Shown piece by piece: positions 40,119 to 52,551 of a stretch of DNA of 64,000 bases. The translations under genes were made by a program, and so were the position numbers. The DNA comes from Ruditapes philippinarum (taxonomy: Eukaryota): NCBI RefSeq assembly GCF_026571515.1, contig NW_026866608.1:186001-250000 (forward strand). Direction: 5' to 3'. Each line of letters opens with the position of its first letter. Position 1 is the stretch's first letter. The notes under the pieces are model-generated. The model had not been told where the DNA came from. It made no database searches and saw only the letters and a program-made list of their open reading frames with translations.

Positions 40119-43100
40119 TTAATTTATAATTATATTAACAACATGTTCCACATTATGAAAATTTGTCGCATTTTTTAAATAATTTTTCAGTTTATTAAGT
40201 AAGTAAATACAGGTATTTGTGTTTGCCGTCTTATCATTCTTTTTTATGTTCATAAAAGTTTTGATCATCAAATTAAATTAATTTGTTGATTGTCCTGTTA
40301 AATTGATAAGTCTGTATGACACAAAATGACCATTACACAAAGTTGTTTCGATTGCTATCATGACTAAACGGAATTGATAATTATATTAGATGTATAAAAG
40401 TGGAATAAATGATAGACAAACAGACAGGTGCGTGCAAATAATTTATCTGTAATCAAAATGTTCAGTGTACAGACAGTGTGATACAGTATTATATAAATAT
40501 ACAATTAAGCCTTTATTCCAGACAACAATAACTCTGAATAGCTTATTTTGTAACAGACAGACGAGAGTCTTAATGATAATTCTTTCTCTTAATGACCGAG
40601 TGCGCTGATTTTCGCCTTGCTTTGTATTTGCATGCAATTGTGTCTGTCCTTTGGACAATACATAAAAATTGATAAAACTATATTTGCAATGGTAAATGCA
40701 AAATATCATAAAAACACACAAGTTGTTATCTGCATACAAAGATATGATATATTCAATTTTGTACCCTGTTTGATCCTAGACATGAAAGTTTATAGCAAAT
40801 GACTTGTCTAATTTAGAAGCATAAACAGACCAAGGTTTAATATTTTAAACAAGAGAGGAGCTACCTGGAGATATATGGCAGCTATTATCTTAATAAAATG
40901 AAATACAATTGTACCAAGCGGACAAGAACTAATTTTCAGCTGGAAGAGAAAAATAGAATTTTGACGCGACTTGTTATCATTAAGAAGAAAATGTTTTACC
41001 ACTATCAAATCAATGTTTGTTACAAATCACTACTCGTTATAAGCATACTTCTCTCAAATGATAAAGTTTCCAATATACCAACCTAGATTTAATGTTGATA
41101 ACAAAAAGGTTATTTTTTAAGAAAGCCAATAGCAATATTTAAAAAAAAAATATTTATTTATTTATTGTATTGAGAATTTATCCTCAATATTTTATATAAA
41201 AATATCACAATGATGTTGGCTGAGTAAGAACACGTTGTTTTGATTCATTGAAATGCCAACAACATCAGTCTTATAAACATCCGTTACACACCTTAAGTAA
41301 ATCCTTCTAAAAATAATGATTGAAAGAATTATGATTATTTATATCCTCTTTCTCAGGAAACAGACTAATTATTTTCAATAGCTTTTATTTCATATTGACA
41401 TTCCCATGTTGCTTCAAATCCTATTTACTTCAAAATTATTTAGATGATTATTTTTGCAGACAAATCGATCAGTCAAGTCCTGCACTATCTATTAGAATGT
41501 AATAGCGCTAAATTATCCGATGTTTACTTAGTGAATATGACAATAATTTTGGTATGTTTAAAGATTCGAAAAAAAGGAATGGTTTTTATTTATATTTGAA
41601 AAATTCTTAGGAAACACATGGTAAAGTATTTGCAATTAATAGCGGTTATTTTATATTCAAACGTCAAATGAATCATTTTGAAATTCCATTTTGGTCGATT
41701 GCAATTATTCAATGAATGTAAATATATACAATTAAAAGAACATTTACTCACTTTAAGACACGACACTAAAAGACACATACATAATGAATATCTGTACCAT
41801 TAAATGTTGATCTTGCTTGACAAAGAATCACTCTGATGGACTGAAGCAAACTAATGAAACAGAAGTAGTGTATACACGACTGGCTAAAGGAAACAAATCT
41901 TCCATAGAAAAGTGAACGATTATATGTCAAAGGCCATCAGTGTAGCAAATGATAAACTTATTATCAAATCAGCTCTTCTAATCTTTGCCGGAGACAATAA
42001 ATATATTATTTCAGATTGCAAGTAACGGTGTTTCACAATAGTGTAAAGCATCCGTTACCAGACATCGACAAAAATCGTAGAGAGAAATCGTAGAACTATA
42101 GCTGTCAATTGTTTCTGATATATCTGTACCTTAAAACTGCTTATTTCGGTTAAAAGTTTTTTTTGCTCAACAATTCAACCAGCTACTTTTAAAGAAGATT
42201 ATTTTATCATTATAATATAATTCTGTCATTTGTCTTTTAGAGCTCTTTATTATAACTTAAATCTGACAAAGACAAGTTTCTTATGCAATACAATTTCTCT
42301 TTTAGTTCGGGAAAAGAATCAAAACTTCAAAATGGACAGAAGCTTTTCTCAGTTTCGCATTAATTGAGTAACGGCGGAAACGACTTCCTTTTAACATAAA
42401 TTGTGGTTCTTGCATGAATGGTTTCTATAATAAGCCGGAATGCGATTATTGGCGCAGTCTTTGTAGATGCAACTCGACTTTGTTTTTAAGACAAATTACA
42501 ATTCATTGCAATAACTCGTCTGGAGCGTTCACTTGATGAATGTACAAAGCTCAGTCCCTTCTTTCAATATTAAAAAAAAACATGTAAAATTACCCGTTCA
42601 TCTATGTGATGTTTCTGAAAATATATTACAAAAATGGCACAGATATAAATCTATTATTGATGTGTTAGTAGAAAGACCCATTTGTCTATGAAATAAATGC
42701 TGTTTTAGCACATTTTCTTGTAACCCCACGGTTTACGTTCTTTTAATGCGATTTTAAAATGAGACTCATCCGCGTAAAATATTGCAGTTAAACATCGATT
42801 GTAGAAGCATAGTTCTATGTTTGTCACACGAAGAGACATTATTTACGCTTTCTCTATACATTATGATTGTCTCTATAATACCAAAATGGCGTGCATATGC
42901 GATTGTGCGAATAAAATACATATTCTTATTTTTATATCTGTTCGTGTTATATATAAGTCACATCACTGCGTTTTATATTATAGAAATAACACCAAGATAT
43001 AAATATATCAGCATTGATAAAGTATTCTGTTCTTTTTTTTACTTAAGACGTAATTTATTACGTGTTGAAGTCTTTGACAAGACATTTCCGACATTATAGA

Positions 43101-45027
43101 AAAGTGACCGACCATACATTATCTTTGTTTAACACGTTAAAAACACATGTAATAATTCCTCCTCAAAATTAAATCCGATTATCTAAAAAATTGATCTAGT
43201 ATTCGTGTACATGCAATGGCTACTGAACATGACTGTACACCACTTCACGTATAATATATGACTTCGTTCCCTACAATTTACAGTTTATAACAGTAAGTTT
43301 GTATATAACATAAAAGAAAATCGCTTTATTCCACGCTTTGTTGTCAACAACGAAGTGAGTAAAACGTTTATTTCTTAAAGGCAGAATTATGACATCAAGG
43401 GAACAAAGATTCTTACTTTATGACGTACTTACAAGTAATTAACACGTATTGTACCACTACATAACACCATATTGCCACATTGACCAAATCATTTTCACGC
43501 AAACATATTATGGAAATAAAGTACGATATATACATTTTTGTAAAACATCTTTCGCTGTGACTGTTAGTAACAATTATTCTTAGATACTGGATAAAGTTGT
43601 GTTTTTAAGGCACTTAATATTGTCATGTACGTTAAGTATCATCAATCCTATTACCTATTTAAAACAAACGGATTAATGATTATTTGAAAACACTTTATCT
43701 GGACAATTTCCTTAGATAAAATATATTTTAAATTTTACACTTTAACCAGACAAAATTATCATTACAAACAGGTTGTTTTCTTTATATTTTATTCATCACT
43801 TGGAGCCTTTTTGATATTTAACCTTGAAAGAAAGTGCACTTCCTGTCAAATTTACTGTTTTGTTTTGTTCCGACAGAATTATTTGCAGTTGAAATAATGA
43901 GATTTTAATATGCATGTCCCGGTGTCTGTTTAGAGAGGCAATATTTGTCATTTTCACTTTATATTGGCAGATTATTAAAAGGACAGACAGAACAACAATA
44001 ACAAAAAAAAACAAAAAAACATAAAAGTGCACGGTTTTTGTCAATGCTAGTTTACGCCATAGACAGGTCTTATATTAATATTAATCGACCAATCAATATG
44101 GTCGTATAGAATAAAAATATTCAAAGCTAGTTATTTTAATATTATAAACCAACGATAAAATCTGAAAGACCTGATGGGCATTTTCCTAAATTTCTAACAC
44201 GTTTTTTGTTCATTTCATTTATATTTTGTGCTATCTTCATAAGAAATAACACATTTCTTAATATGCTCTTAATATGACTTATATATCATAAATGCATAGT
44301 TTAACTTTAATCACGGTTATAGCTCTATATAAATATAATTTTCAGCATTTAGTTGTCAAACGGTAAAGTAATTCTGATTTTATCATAATCATTGATATGT
44401 TTAAGTCGCGAATATTTTATATATCTTAGTTTTATCTCGGAATGTTTTTTTTTAAATAATACACAAATTAAAATCAACATTAGCTGTAAACATTTTTGTG
44501 AAATTCTGAACATATCACAGAAAAAGATGATAAGAAACTGTTCCAATGCTTACATAATATTTCAAGGAAATCAGTTGTTAAATTACTAGTATCTCTCTAT
44601 ACGATGTATGCTTAATTGGCAATTACAAGTCTGCACTTTGAACAACATGACACATACAGAACACACTTCCAAAGAAATTGTGTCGGTATGTAAGGTATAA
44701 AACTAACATATAAAGACATGTTCATAACGTACACTACTATAATGATTTAATTTCTGAGTCGAAAATTGCAGCATATCATTATGATTGTATAATGGTAACA
44801 AGTAAAGGGATAAAAAACTCAAATTATGATTATCAAATAAAGCAATGTATCGATGAAAACGTATACGATTGTCTCTTTATGAAAAACTTTAATAATCCAA
44901 AATGTTAAACCGTTTTAGGTTCAAATTGATAAAAACAGATAAAATATATAATAGCAATAATTATGAATTTAAGATAAATCAGAATCAATCCGTTAAGTAA
45001 CGATTTCACAAACACTTTTTAGAGGTA

Positions 45028-45149
45028 CCGTGAACCTTTTTGGCGAGTCAGACCGTTTTACATGCTGTAAAGACGTCAAAAGCGACCTGCTCCTATTGAA
45101 CTTAGCGGGAGAACGTGTAAAACGGTCTGACTCGCCAAAAGGTTCACGG
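45028..45149. repeat. 122-bp TA-flanked hairpin or mini-MITE
   Basis: Arms CCGTGAACCTTTT(T)GGCGAGTCAGACCGTTTTACA (about 35 bp, one indel). TA at 45026-45027 and 45150-45151. Confidence 0.75.
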
Positions 45150-48100
45150 TAATAAAAGATGTTAGTATTGATCATGTTTTGTATCGGAGTCATTCAGAAT
45201 CAGTCGATCGTGAAACTATTTCATTTCATCTCTGGAGGTTTCATCAACTTTCTTTTCATTTTTATACCTTGCAAATTATAATTGTTCAAATCTATGAAGA
45301 ATGATTAAAGTGTAGTGGTAGGAATGTTAAAACCGTTTTTTAATTTCAATTTTCAAAATATATAATAACGCTATTTATTAAAAATTCAGAATTTGCACAT
45401 TTTTGGTAAGGTACAAATAACATTCCAAAATAACTAAATGAGACTGCACCTTAATTGTGACATGAAAATGCTTACGTCTTAGAACACTTGCTTTTTTGTA
45501 CCGAGAGTTTACTTTTTTTGCTGCAAATTGTAGCTATCAGAAATAATATGAGCTCATGTAGTATAACACTCATTGAGTTTATTATATATGACCTCTTTTG
45601 ACAGAGTGCAGTTTTTTTCATCATTATGCATGAGCCATAAAGAGAAGAAGAGGAGTTTAAATTAAAGAATTGATAGAAGGAGGTAAGCAAAAATTCAAAC
45701 AGCATTAAACATTAAATTAGTTATCCCTATTAGCAATGATGGCTGTTTTGCTTGGTAGATTGCTTGGGTTTACAGCGCACTAACACAGTTTTGGTCATAT
45801 GATGCCGAAACAGGAAAGATTTATATTGGCTAACCTTGGGAGCTGCAAAAGCACAGCAAGGGGTCAACAGTTGCATGTATCCGGAATTACAGTTACAATT
45901 TATTGTACCTGTGTACCTATTGATCTGAATAAAGAAAGATAATTGGAATTAAGCAAAACTAAGATAGAAGGAATTGAGGCGAGTGTCAATTGTAGTTACA
46001 CAGCATGTAAAGGGTTATTAACTGTTGCTTACAAGGATATCATTTGACAATGTCGTACATTGTCTGCTGACATAAGAAGTAAAATACAGATATTTACGAC
46101 GGTATAAACAATTAATAACATGCAATGTTTTGTTAAATAACAGATGAAATAAATTTGAAAAAGAAACTCCTTATTTATCTTTGATTTAACTTTTTGTAAT
46201 ATTTTGGCTGACAAATTGAATGATCATTGTTCACCACAACGTATTGTGTTTAAATAATTGCAATTTGCATGTTTATTCTATTCAGATTATATCGTTAGCT
46301 ATATCCGATATGATTATGTTGCCTTAAATTGTCAAAATATAATGACAACTGTGCAATTAATTTGCAATTCTTGTCTCCATGTCTTACCAAATAATCATTT
46401 AAACCACATATAAATGTCTCATAAATGTAAGCACTGTGTTTGATTGGTCTGCGTGATGGCGGGACACTTTGTGATTTGATTTCTATACAGGCATAAACGT
46501 CAAAGGTATGATATGTATATTTTACTAAACATTTCAAAATATTTACAAAAAAAAAATCTTCAAGAGAAATCGTAGTTTTGTTTGTTTTACGTTTTTAATT
46601 CAAAATAATTGTAATGACTTACTATTTGACCCTTATTAGGTAGAACATAACTAAATTTAATAAGAAATAGCATTTTATAAATAAATAAGTAAATCAATCA
46701 ATCAATCAATTAAAACAAATACATATTACATTTATTTGTATCCTACTATCTTTTAAAGTTATTTTTAATATCATTATAATATTATATAATTATAAAATAT
46801 TATTGTGAATGTATAATATTTCGAAAACTATAATTCCATACAAGGTTTTAATCACAATCTTTAATAAAGTTAAGGCAGCATAAAAAAATAGAATAGTTCT
46901 TCAATGATTTCAATGATCATGTTAATCGAAGAACTAATTCAGCCTTTATCCAGTCTACAGATTAAACGAAGCGTTTTTTGTGATATTCAAATTGTGTGAT
47001 AAGCAAAGGAATGCGATTTTATTCATGAATGACAATGCAAATGTTATTACTGTCTCAGACAACTTGTTTATGCAATATCATATTCAAAACAAAACAGAAA
47101 GTGGCCAATACCCAAAAGAATTCGGTTCTTTTTACGGTATTTGAATAAAACATTGTTTTTGTTTGTTAAATGTTTTGGGCTGACTGATAAGTCACTAACG
47201 CTAAAAGGTCCTCTCTGATGTGTACTATAAGTCTTTTTGACTATTAAACACATACAAAGGCTAATTAGTGAATAACATGTAAATACTGATTAGCAATGTA
47301 CTCAAACCTTAACAATTTTAACATTAAGAAGAAAAAATCGTATAAGGGTATAAGGCAAAACGGCTCTCGTGCAGAAATCTTCAGTTGAAAACAAAACAAA
47401 TCAATAATGCAATTCATGTGATCTATATGAATAGTCTGTGCAAATTTACGACAAATTTTCGGAAATGTCGGGAAAAATAACAAGGGTGGCACTCCCATGT
47501 GACCTTTGTATTTTTGTAAAACGGACACGTTGAAAAATTATACAAATATCCATTTTGTAATTATTTTTAAAGGATTAATTCGTTTCTCAGTGTAAAAATC
47601 TCCGCAAAGTAAAGCATCGTACTTGGCTTTTTACCGACTCTGAGTTAAGTCTCCCTTTGAAATAAACCATTCCCAAACTGATTCAATTTATGTTGGCTTT
47701 CGACATATGCACTCGAAAAACTTTTGTTTGTTGTTTGAATGTCGGAAATGACGGAATGTCAGAATGAATGTCAATGTCGGAACATGTCATAATTTGTTTA
47801 TATCTCGTTTGCCTCCATTATGTTTCTCAAAATAGCTTAAAATAGATGTCTTATAGGAGTAAGACATCAAGCCAAGTGGGCTTTTTACATCCACTATGAG
47901 ATAAATATAAACACGGTCTCGAATTTACATACACAGGTACTAAAATCCACAGAAAATTAGGTAAACTGTTTTTAAGATTTAATTTATTTCATCATGCTAC
48001 AAAAGCAGCATAATTCCTATCAATAGCATATGTCTGAAACATATCTTCTCAACACTGTTGAAATAATCAAAATGTTTCTATCTAAAAACGTAACTATGGT

Positions 48101-50309
48101 ATCTTACAAAATTACTGTTTGTCAAAATACCACAAAAGTGTACGTTTTATGCAAGTCTTATCTCCTAAACTAGTAAGAAATTTGTCAAGAAATTTTAAGC
48201 AACATGTCTTAAGAGTCATGCTAGTTTTCAGGACAACTTTAAAAATGTATACAAAAGTTAAATAATAATCAATAGAACAACGAAAGTAATTTTGAGACAC
48301 TTTCAATTCACGTAAACAAACAAACAAGGGCAAAACATGCCAAAATAACCACCACTGCTTTGTCACGGATAAATACTGTGAACACAGTCTTTCACTGCAT
48401 AAATCATGTACATTATTATTTGAATTGGAGATATTTTCACTTTTCTTAAAATCTCAGTACATTTTGCTCTATGTCGATTTGCTTGATTATTTTGAATATC
48501 TATTTATTTTATGTTAATAAAGATTTAACTAACACTATGTTTGATAACAATGCCCTAGAATTTGTTACGAAAGCTTGATATTCTCGATTTTCTTTTAAAT
48601 TATGAAACTCTTTATCGTACTATATTCCTGTCTTGTTTTCTGACGTTATGGAATAAAGAGGAACAGCAATAAATACATTTTGTTATTGACTATAATGTAA
48701 CATACTTAAAAAAGTATTTTTTGCCAAAACCAATCAATGCAGCAATAGATCAAACCCTTTGCCACAAAATTTGCATTTCCCTAAGCCGGGAAGAGGACAA
48801 TAATCTAAATGACACCAATAGGGTTTTAATGATAAACTAGGTACTAGACAAACCAGTAATAAAACAAGGTCCGTAGGGAAATTGTATACCTTTCAATGGC
48901 ATCTCATAAAGATAAGTCGGGCTGTTATGACATCATTTATAGATAAAATGTGTGGGTTTTTTTCGTGTTCGATGTTACAATAATTTCTTTGTTCTAGGGC
49001 CAAAGGAAAATACACAGTTCTCCGTGATGATATTTTTTTACTGAAGTATTAGCTTATTATGTATCAACAACAACATTTCGTGAATTATGTATACTTTATT
49101 TTTAACTTCACCTACACTTTAATATAACAATATCATGGACATAGCCATAGGTCATATGTCTTCAAACTGCCAAAAACTGATCATTTTATGTCGATTATCT
49201 GCTTATTAACGTTGGGTCCTATACGTTAATTCTGTTTTTTTTTAAATTATTATTCGTAATGCTTTGCAATTGTAATACTTTTGTCTAATTTTATTTTTCC
49301 ACACAAAAGTATTAGTAATACTATTAATAGCTTACTTTCAACATATAAAGTTAACATGATATGGCCGAATTTTATAGACAACATATTATTAATTATTTTA
49401 AGAACTGAATAAGATATACTTTTTAAGTATGTTTAATCCAAATATAAAATAAGAAAATAAGAAAAAGATTCATTTAATTAGTCATTCTTTATCAGATTTC
49501 TGAAAAGTGGTTTTACATTAGAATAGATTTCTGTTTCTGTTCAAGTTATAAAATGTGTTGCTTGACAAAACATGTGTTTGATGCGTTAATGTGGATATCA
49601 TTCTCAAAGAGGTAATTTGTGACCAGATGATTTATGCCGACTTGATTTCAGACTCCATTTAAATATTTTGTACTTATATATAAGAAAAATTGTTCTTTAA
49701 AGGAACGTATTGTAATGAAGGCTAATATACATCTATTTCATAACATTTTTTAACCAATCCCGTCTTATATGCATTATTATTTAGCCTTAAATGCTGAATG
49801 TTTATTTTATTTTGCTTTAAATAATTGATGAAACTGTGTCGGAACAAAACAACATTAAGTTGTTGGAACAATTTTTACATCATCAAAACTGATGCCGCTG
49901 CCATAGTTATTTTTTTTTTGATAGCAGACCGAAATTGGAAATAATTGGAAACAGACATTTGTAACTTTTATTCTTTTCTAGATTGTAAAGGATATTCATT
50001 TTTTAAATTGTTACAATTGTTCCATTTATTTATTTATTTATTCTATTGAGCCACACCCAATCCATCTTCTTTTCATAAACAAAATATTATTGATACCTTT
50101 TTTTTAAATAAATGACATTATGTTTTGATTTTATTTTGAGCATTTACGACATTACTAACAAGGTTACTTTTAGTAACAAGTGGTCATGTTCTTTAACATT
50201 TTGTCAGGGCATCTTATAAGATCACAATCAGAAACATCCTCCAGAGTACATAAAACGTTAAAACGTTTAAAAATATAAAACAATTTTCAACTTGTTTAGA
50301 TTTTGATTA

Positions 50310-51309
50310 CGAGGGATGATCAAAAATTAACCGGACTTTGTATATGATTCTTTACTTGTCAAATGAATGTACATGAAAATACACGGAATATCAATCGGAA
50401 TCTATCCCATAAATGATACAAAAAAAACAACAAAAATAATAACAAAGAAAACAGTTATGCTGTAATTTGTATGTACATGTAAAGCAATGCGGCGCACGGT
50501 ATAACTTAAAAATTGACGTTAACAACGTCAAAAGCATAATGTCCTTAATGTAGCAGCATTTACTCATTCATGAAGTAGGCCAATACGTTATGTTATCATT
50601 TTAAAATCATTAGAGTTGACTGCACCGTCCCGTAGCTACTGTCGAACATCATTGACAATGTCCGCGGTCAATCAACTGTCATTTTGAACGTCTCGGCGAT
50701 TGACGTCCACAACGTCCTTAAAATGTATTCTATCCGTCTGTCCCTTGTTTTGTATTTCTCTATTACCCATTTTTAATCCTTTATGCTAATCAAAATCTAT
50801 GCTGTGGCTTCCTGGAACTTTTCTCTTGTTAGCCATAATCTTTTTCTACGTTTTAAAAAGTTTTTCGCCTTACTTTTGACAATCTTTTCTTATTGATCGG
50901 TTTTCAAGACGTTCTGACGACATAGTTTCAATGCGAGTATTTCTTTAACAAATGACATTTGAATTGTGATTGCAAATATAAATATGGTTTAAATGAAGTC
51001 ATTTTTTCTGACAACGTCAACGATATGGTTCATGACGTTTTGGCGTATTTTGAAATCTGAATGGTTCATATTGTAAAATATAAAGCATAAAGCGCCTAAT
51101 GTCAACGCGACTTTACCCACTGCGCCGGGTGTGCGTTACCATGGATTTTGAATTCGCTGTTACGGACAAGCTATTTGCATTATCAGTTTAGAGATAGCAT
51201 CGGGTTACAGTTATTGTTTTCTGATTAAGTGCGATATATAACAATAAGTGTTAGGTTGAAAATTCTTCAATTGACAGTCACAGTCCGGTTTATTTCTGAT
51301 CATCCCTCG
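50310..51309. mobile_element. Non-autonomous mariner-like element, 1000 bp
   Basis: 28-bp TIRs CGAGGGATGATCAAAAATTAACCGGACT and CGAGGGATGATCAGAAATAAACCGGACT (26/28). TA TSD at 50308-50309 and 51310-51311. No transposase ORF. Confidence 0.85.
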
Positions 51310-52088
51310 TACAACAGTATTTTTTATACACACCGAAAATTAAATGCCCAGTGTTTTAAAACTGTACTAAAATGTCATGATTTAATTTATTTCTATTCTA
51401 TAATCACAATCACACATTTTGTTTACATATCTATCATCGTGTATTCGTGATAATATAGTACAAATGTACAGAAATGCTTTTGCAACTTTCTGTCCGATTT
51501 GTGGGTAAATTGACATCATTTCCGCCACTATAATCATGAATTATAATTTTCATGCCAATTATAATTGCCTACAGTTACTTTTCTAGAGTTGCATGCAAAA
51601 CTAAAAAAGAATACACAACAAGAAAGAACAAAAGTCAAAACGGATCATTTATAGTTATGATGCTTATTTTAAAAGACGCATAATATCTTAAGTAAAGAAT
51701 ATGTTGAATACAAGTTGCTAAAATCAATATCAATTTAATTAAGCTAATAATTGTTGGTAGCATGTTGATATCCCAAACCGTTAAGCAATGTACATACAAA
51801 CTAGTAATGGCCTATTTTACAATTATAAAAATCTGGAAACAAAATGATCCCTCGGAAGCATTATTCACTACAAAATTACATAAGAATTGCAGACTCGGTT
51901 TAATCGAGTCTGTACATGATGAATAATGAATAAGTGCAACATCCATCACGACCCACTAGCACCGGCTTGAGCGGTACTCAATACTCAATAGTGCTGGCAA
52001 AAATGATCCCGAAGGACAAAAAAATATAACAACACTGACGTGTAGTTTAAGGGGCAACTTTTTATTTAATCTTTATTATCTTTTATAA

Positions 52089-52551
52089 CTCCAAAAGTAG
52101 GCAAGGCACAGTAACGGTTCGTTTGCCCTGCTCTTTCATCCAAGAGACAGCCGGATGACGGATGAACAAAGCGGCGATTATATGGCAAGTCTTTATATTG
52201 CTTTTAAAGATAAGAAAAAGAAATATAAAATTAAATATATTGATAACGTACGTAAGAATAAAGTTTGACTTCCAGATAGAATCAAAAGCCGGTCGAACAT
52301 GATGATGCTCCCCGAATAGGCTTCGGACACAGAGAAGTAGTTTCTGGTTTATATCTCTTGTAGTTTTATAATAGTTTCTGGTTTATATCTCTTGTAGTTT
52401 TATAGTAATGTCCTAGATAAGGTTAAAGTGTAAAAATGACAAATAAAGAAATTTCTCCAAAAGTAGGCAAGGCACAGTAACGATTCTTTTACCCTGCTCT
52501 TTCACCCAGGAGAGACAGTCGGATGATGGACGAACAAAGCGGCGATAATAT
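52089..52551 (+). repeat. About 95-bp direct repeat (52089-52182 and 52455-52551) with an internal ~34-bp tandem duplication; HINE-like remnants
   Basis: CTCCAAAAGTAGGCAAGGCACAGTAACG...GAACAAAGCGGCGAT occurs twice. TAGTTTCTGGTTTATATCTCTTGTAGTTTTATA occurs twice at ~52338-52404. The HINE assignment is from recall only. Confidence 0.6.

Larger units (their letters stand above)
36655..47080 (+). repeat. Large duplicated unit, copy C (longest continuous copy)
   Basis: Colinear with B over 36655-~42110, with A reverse complement over 38084-44915 and with D over 43200-47080. The right boundary is a minimum, because D runs off the window. Confidence 0.85.

Noticed and set aside
23548-48366. Numerous 60-110 aa ORFs in the AT-rich duplicated and spacer regions
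   Set aside because: Composition dominated by F/I/L/K/N/Y as expected by chance in AT-rich DNA; where I compared paralogous copies the frames were not conserved.
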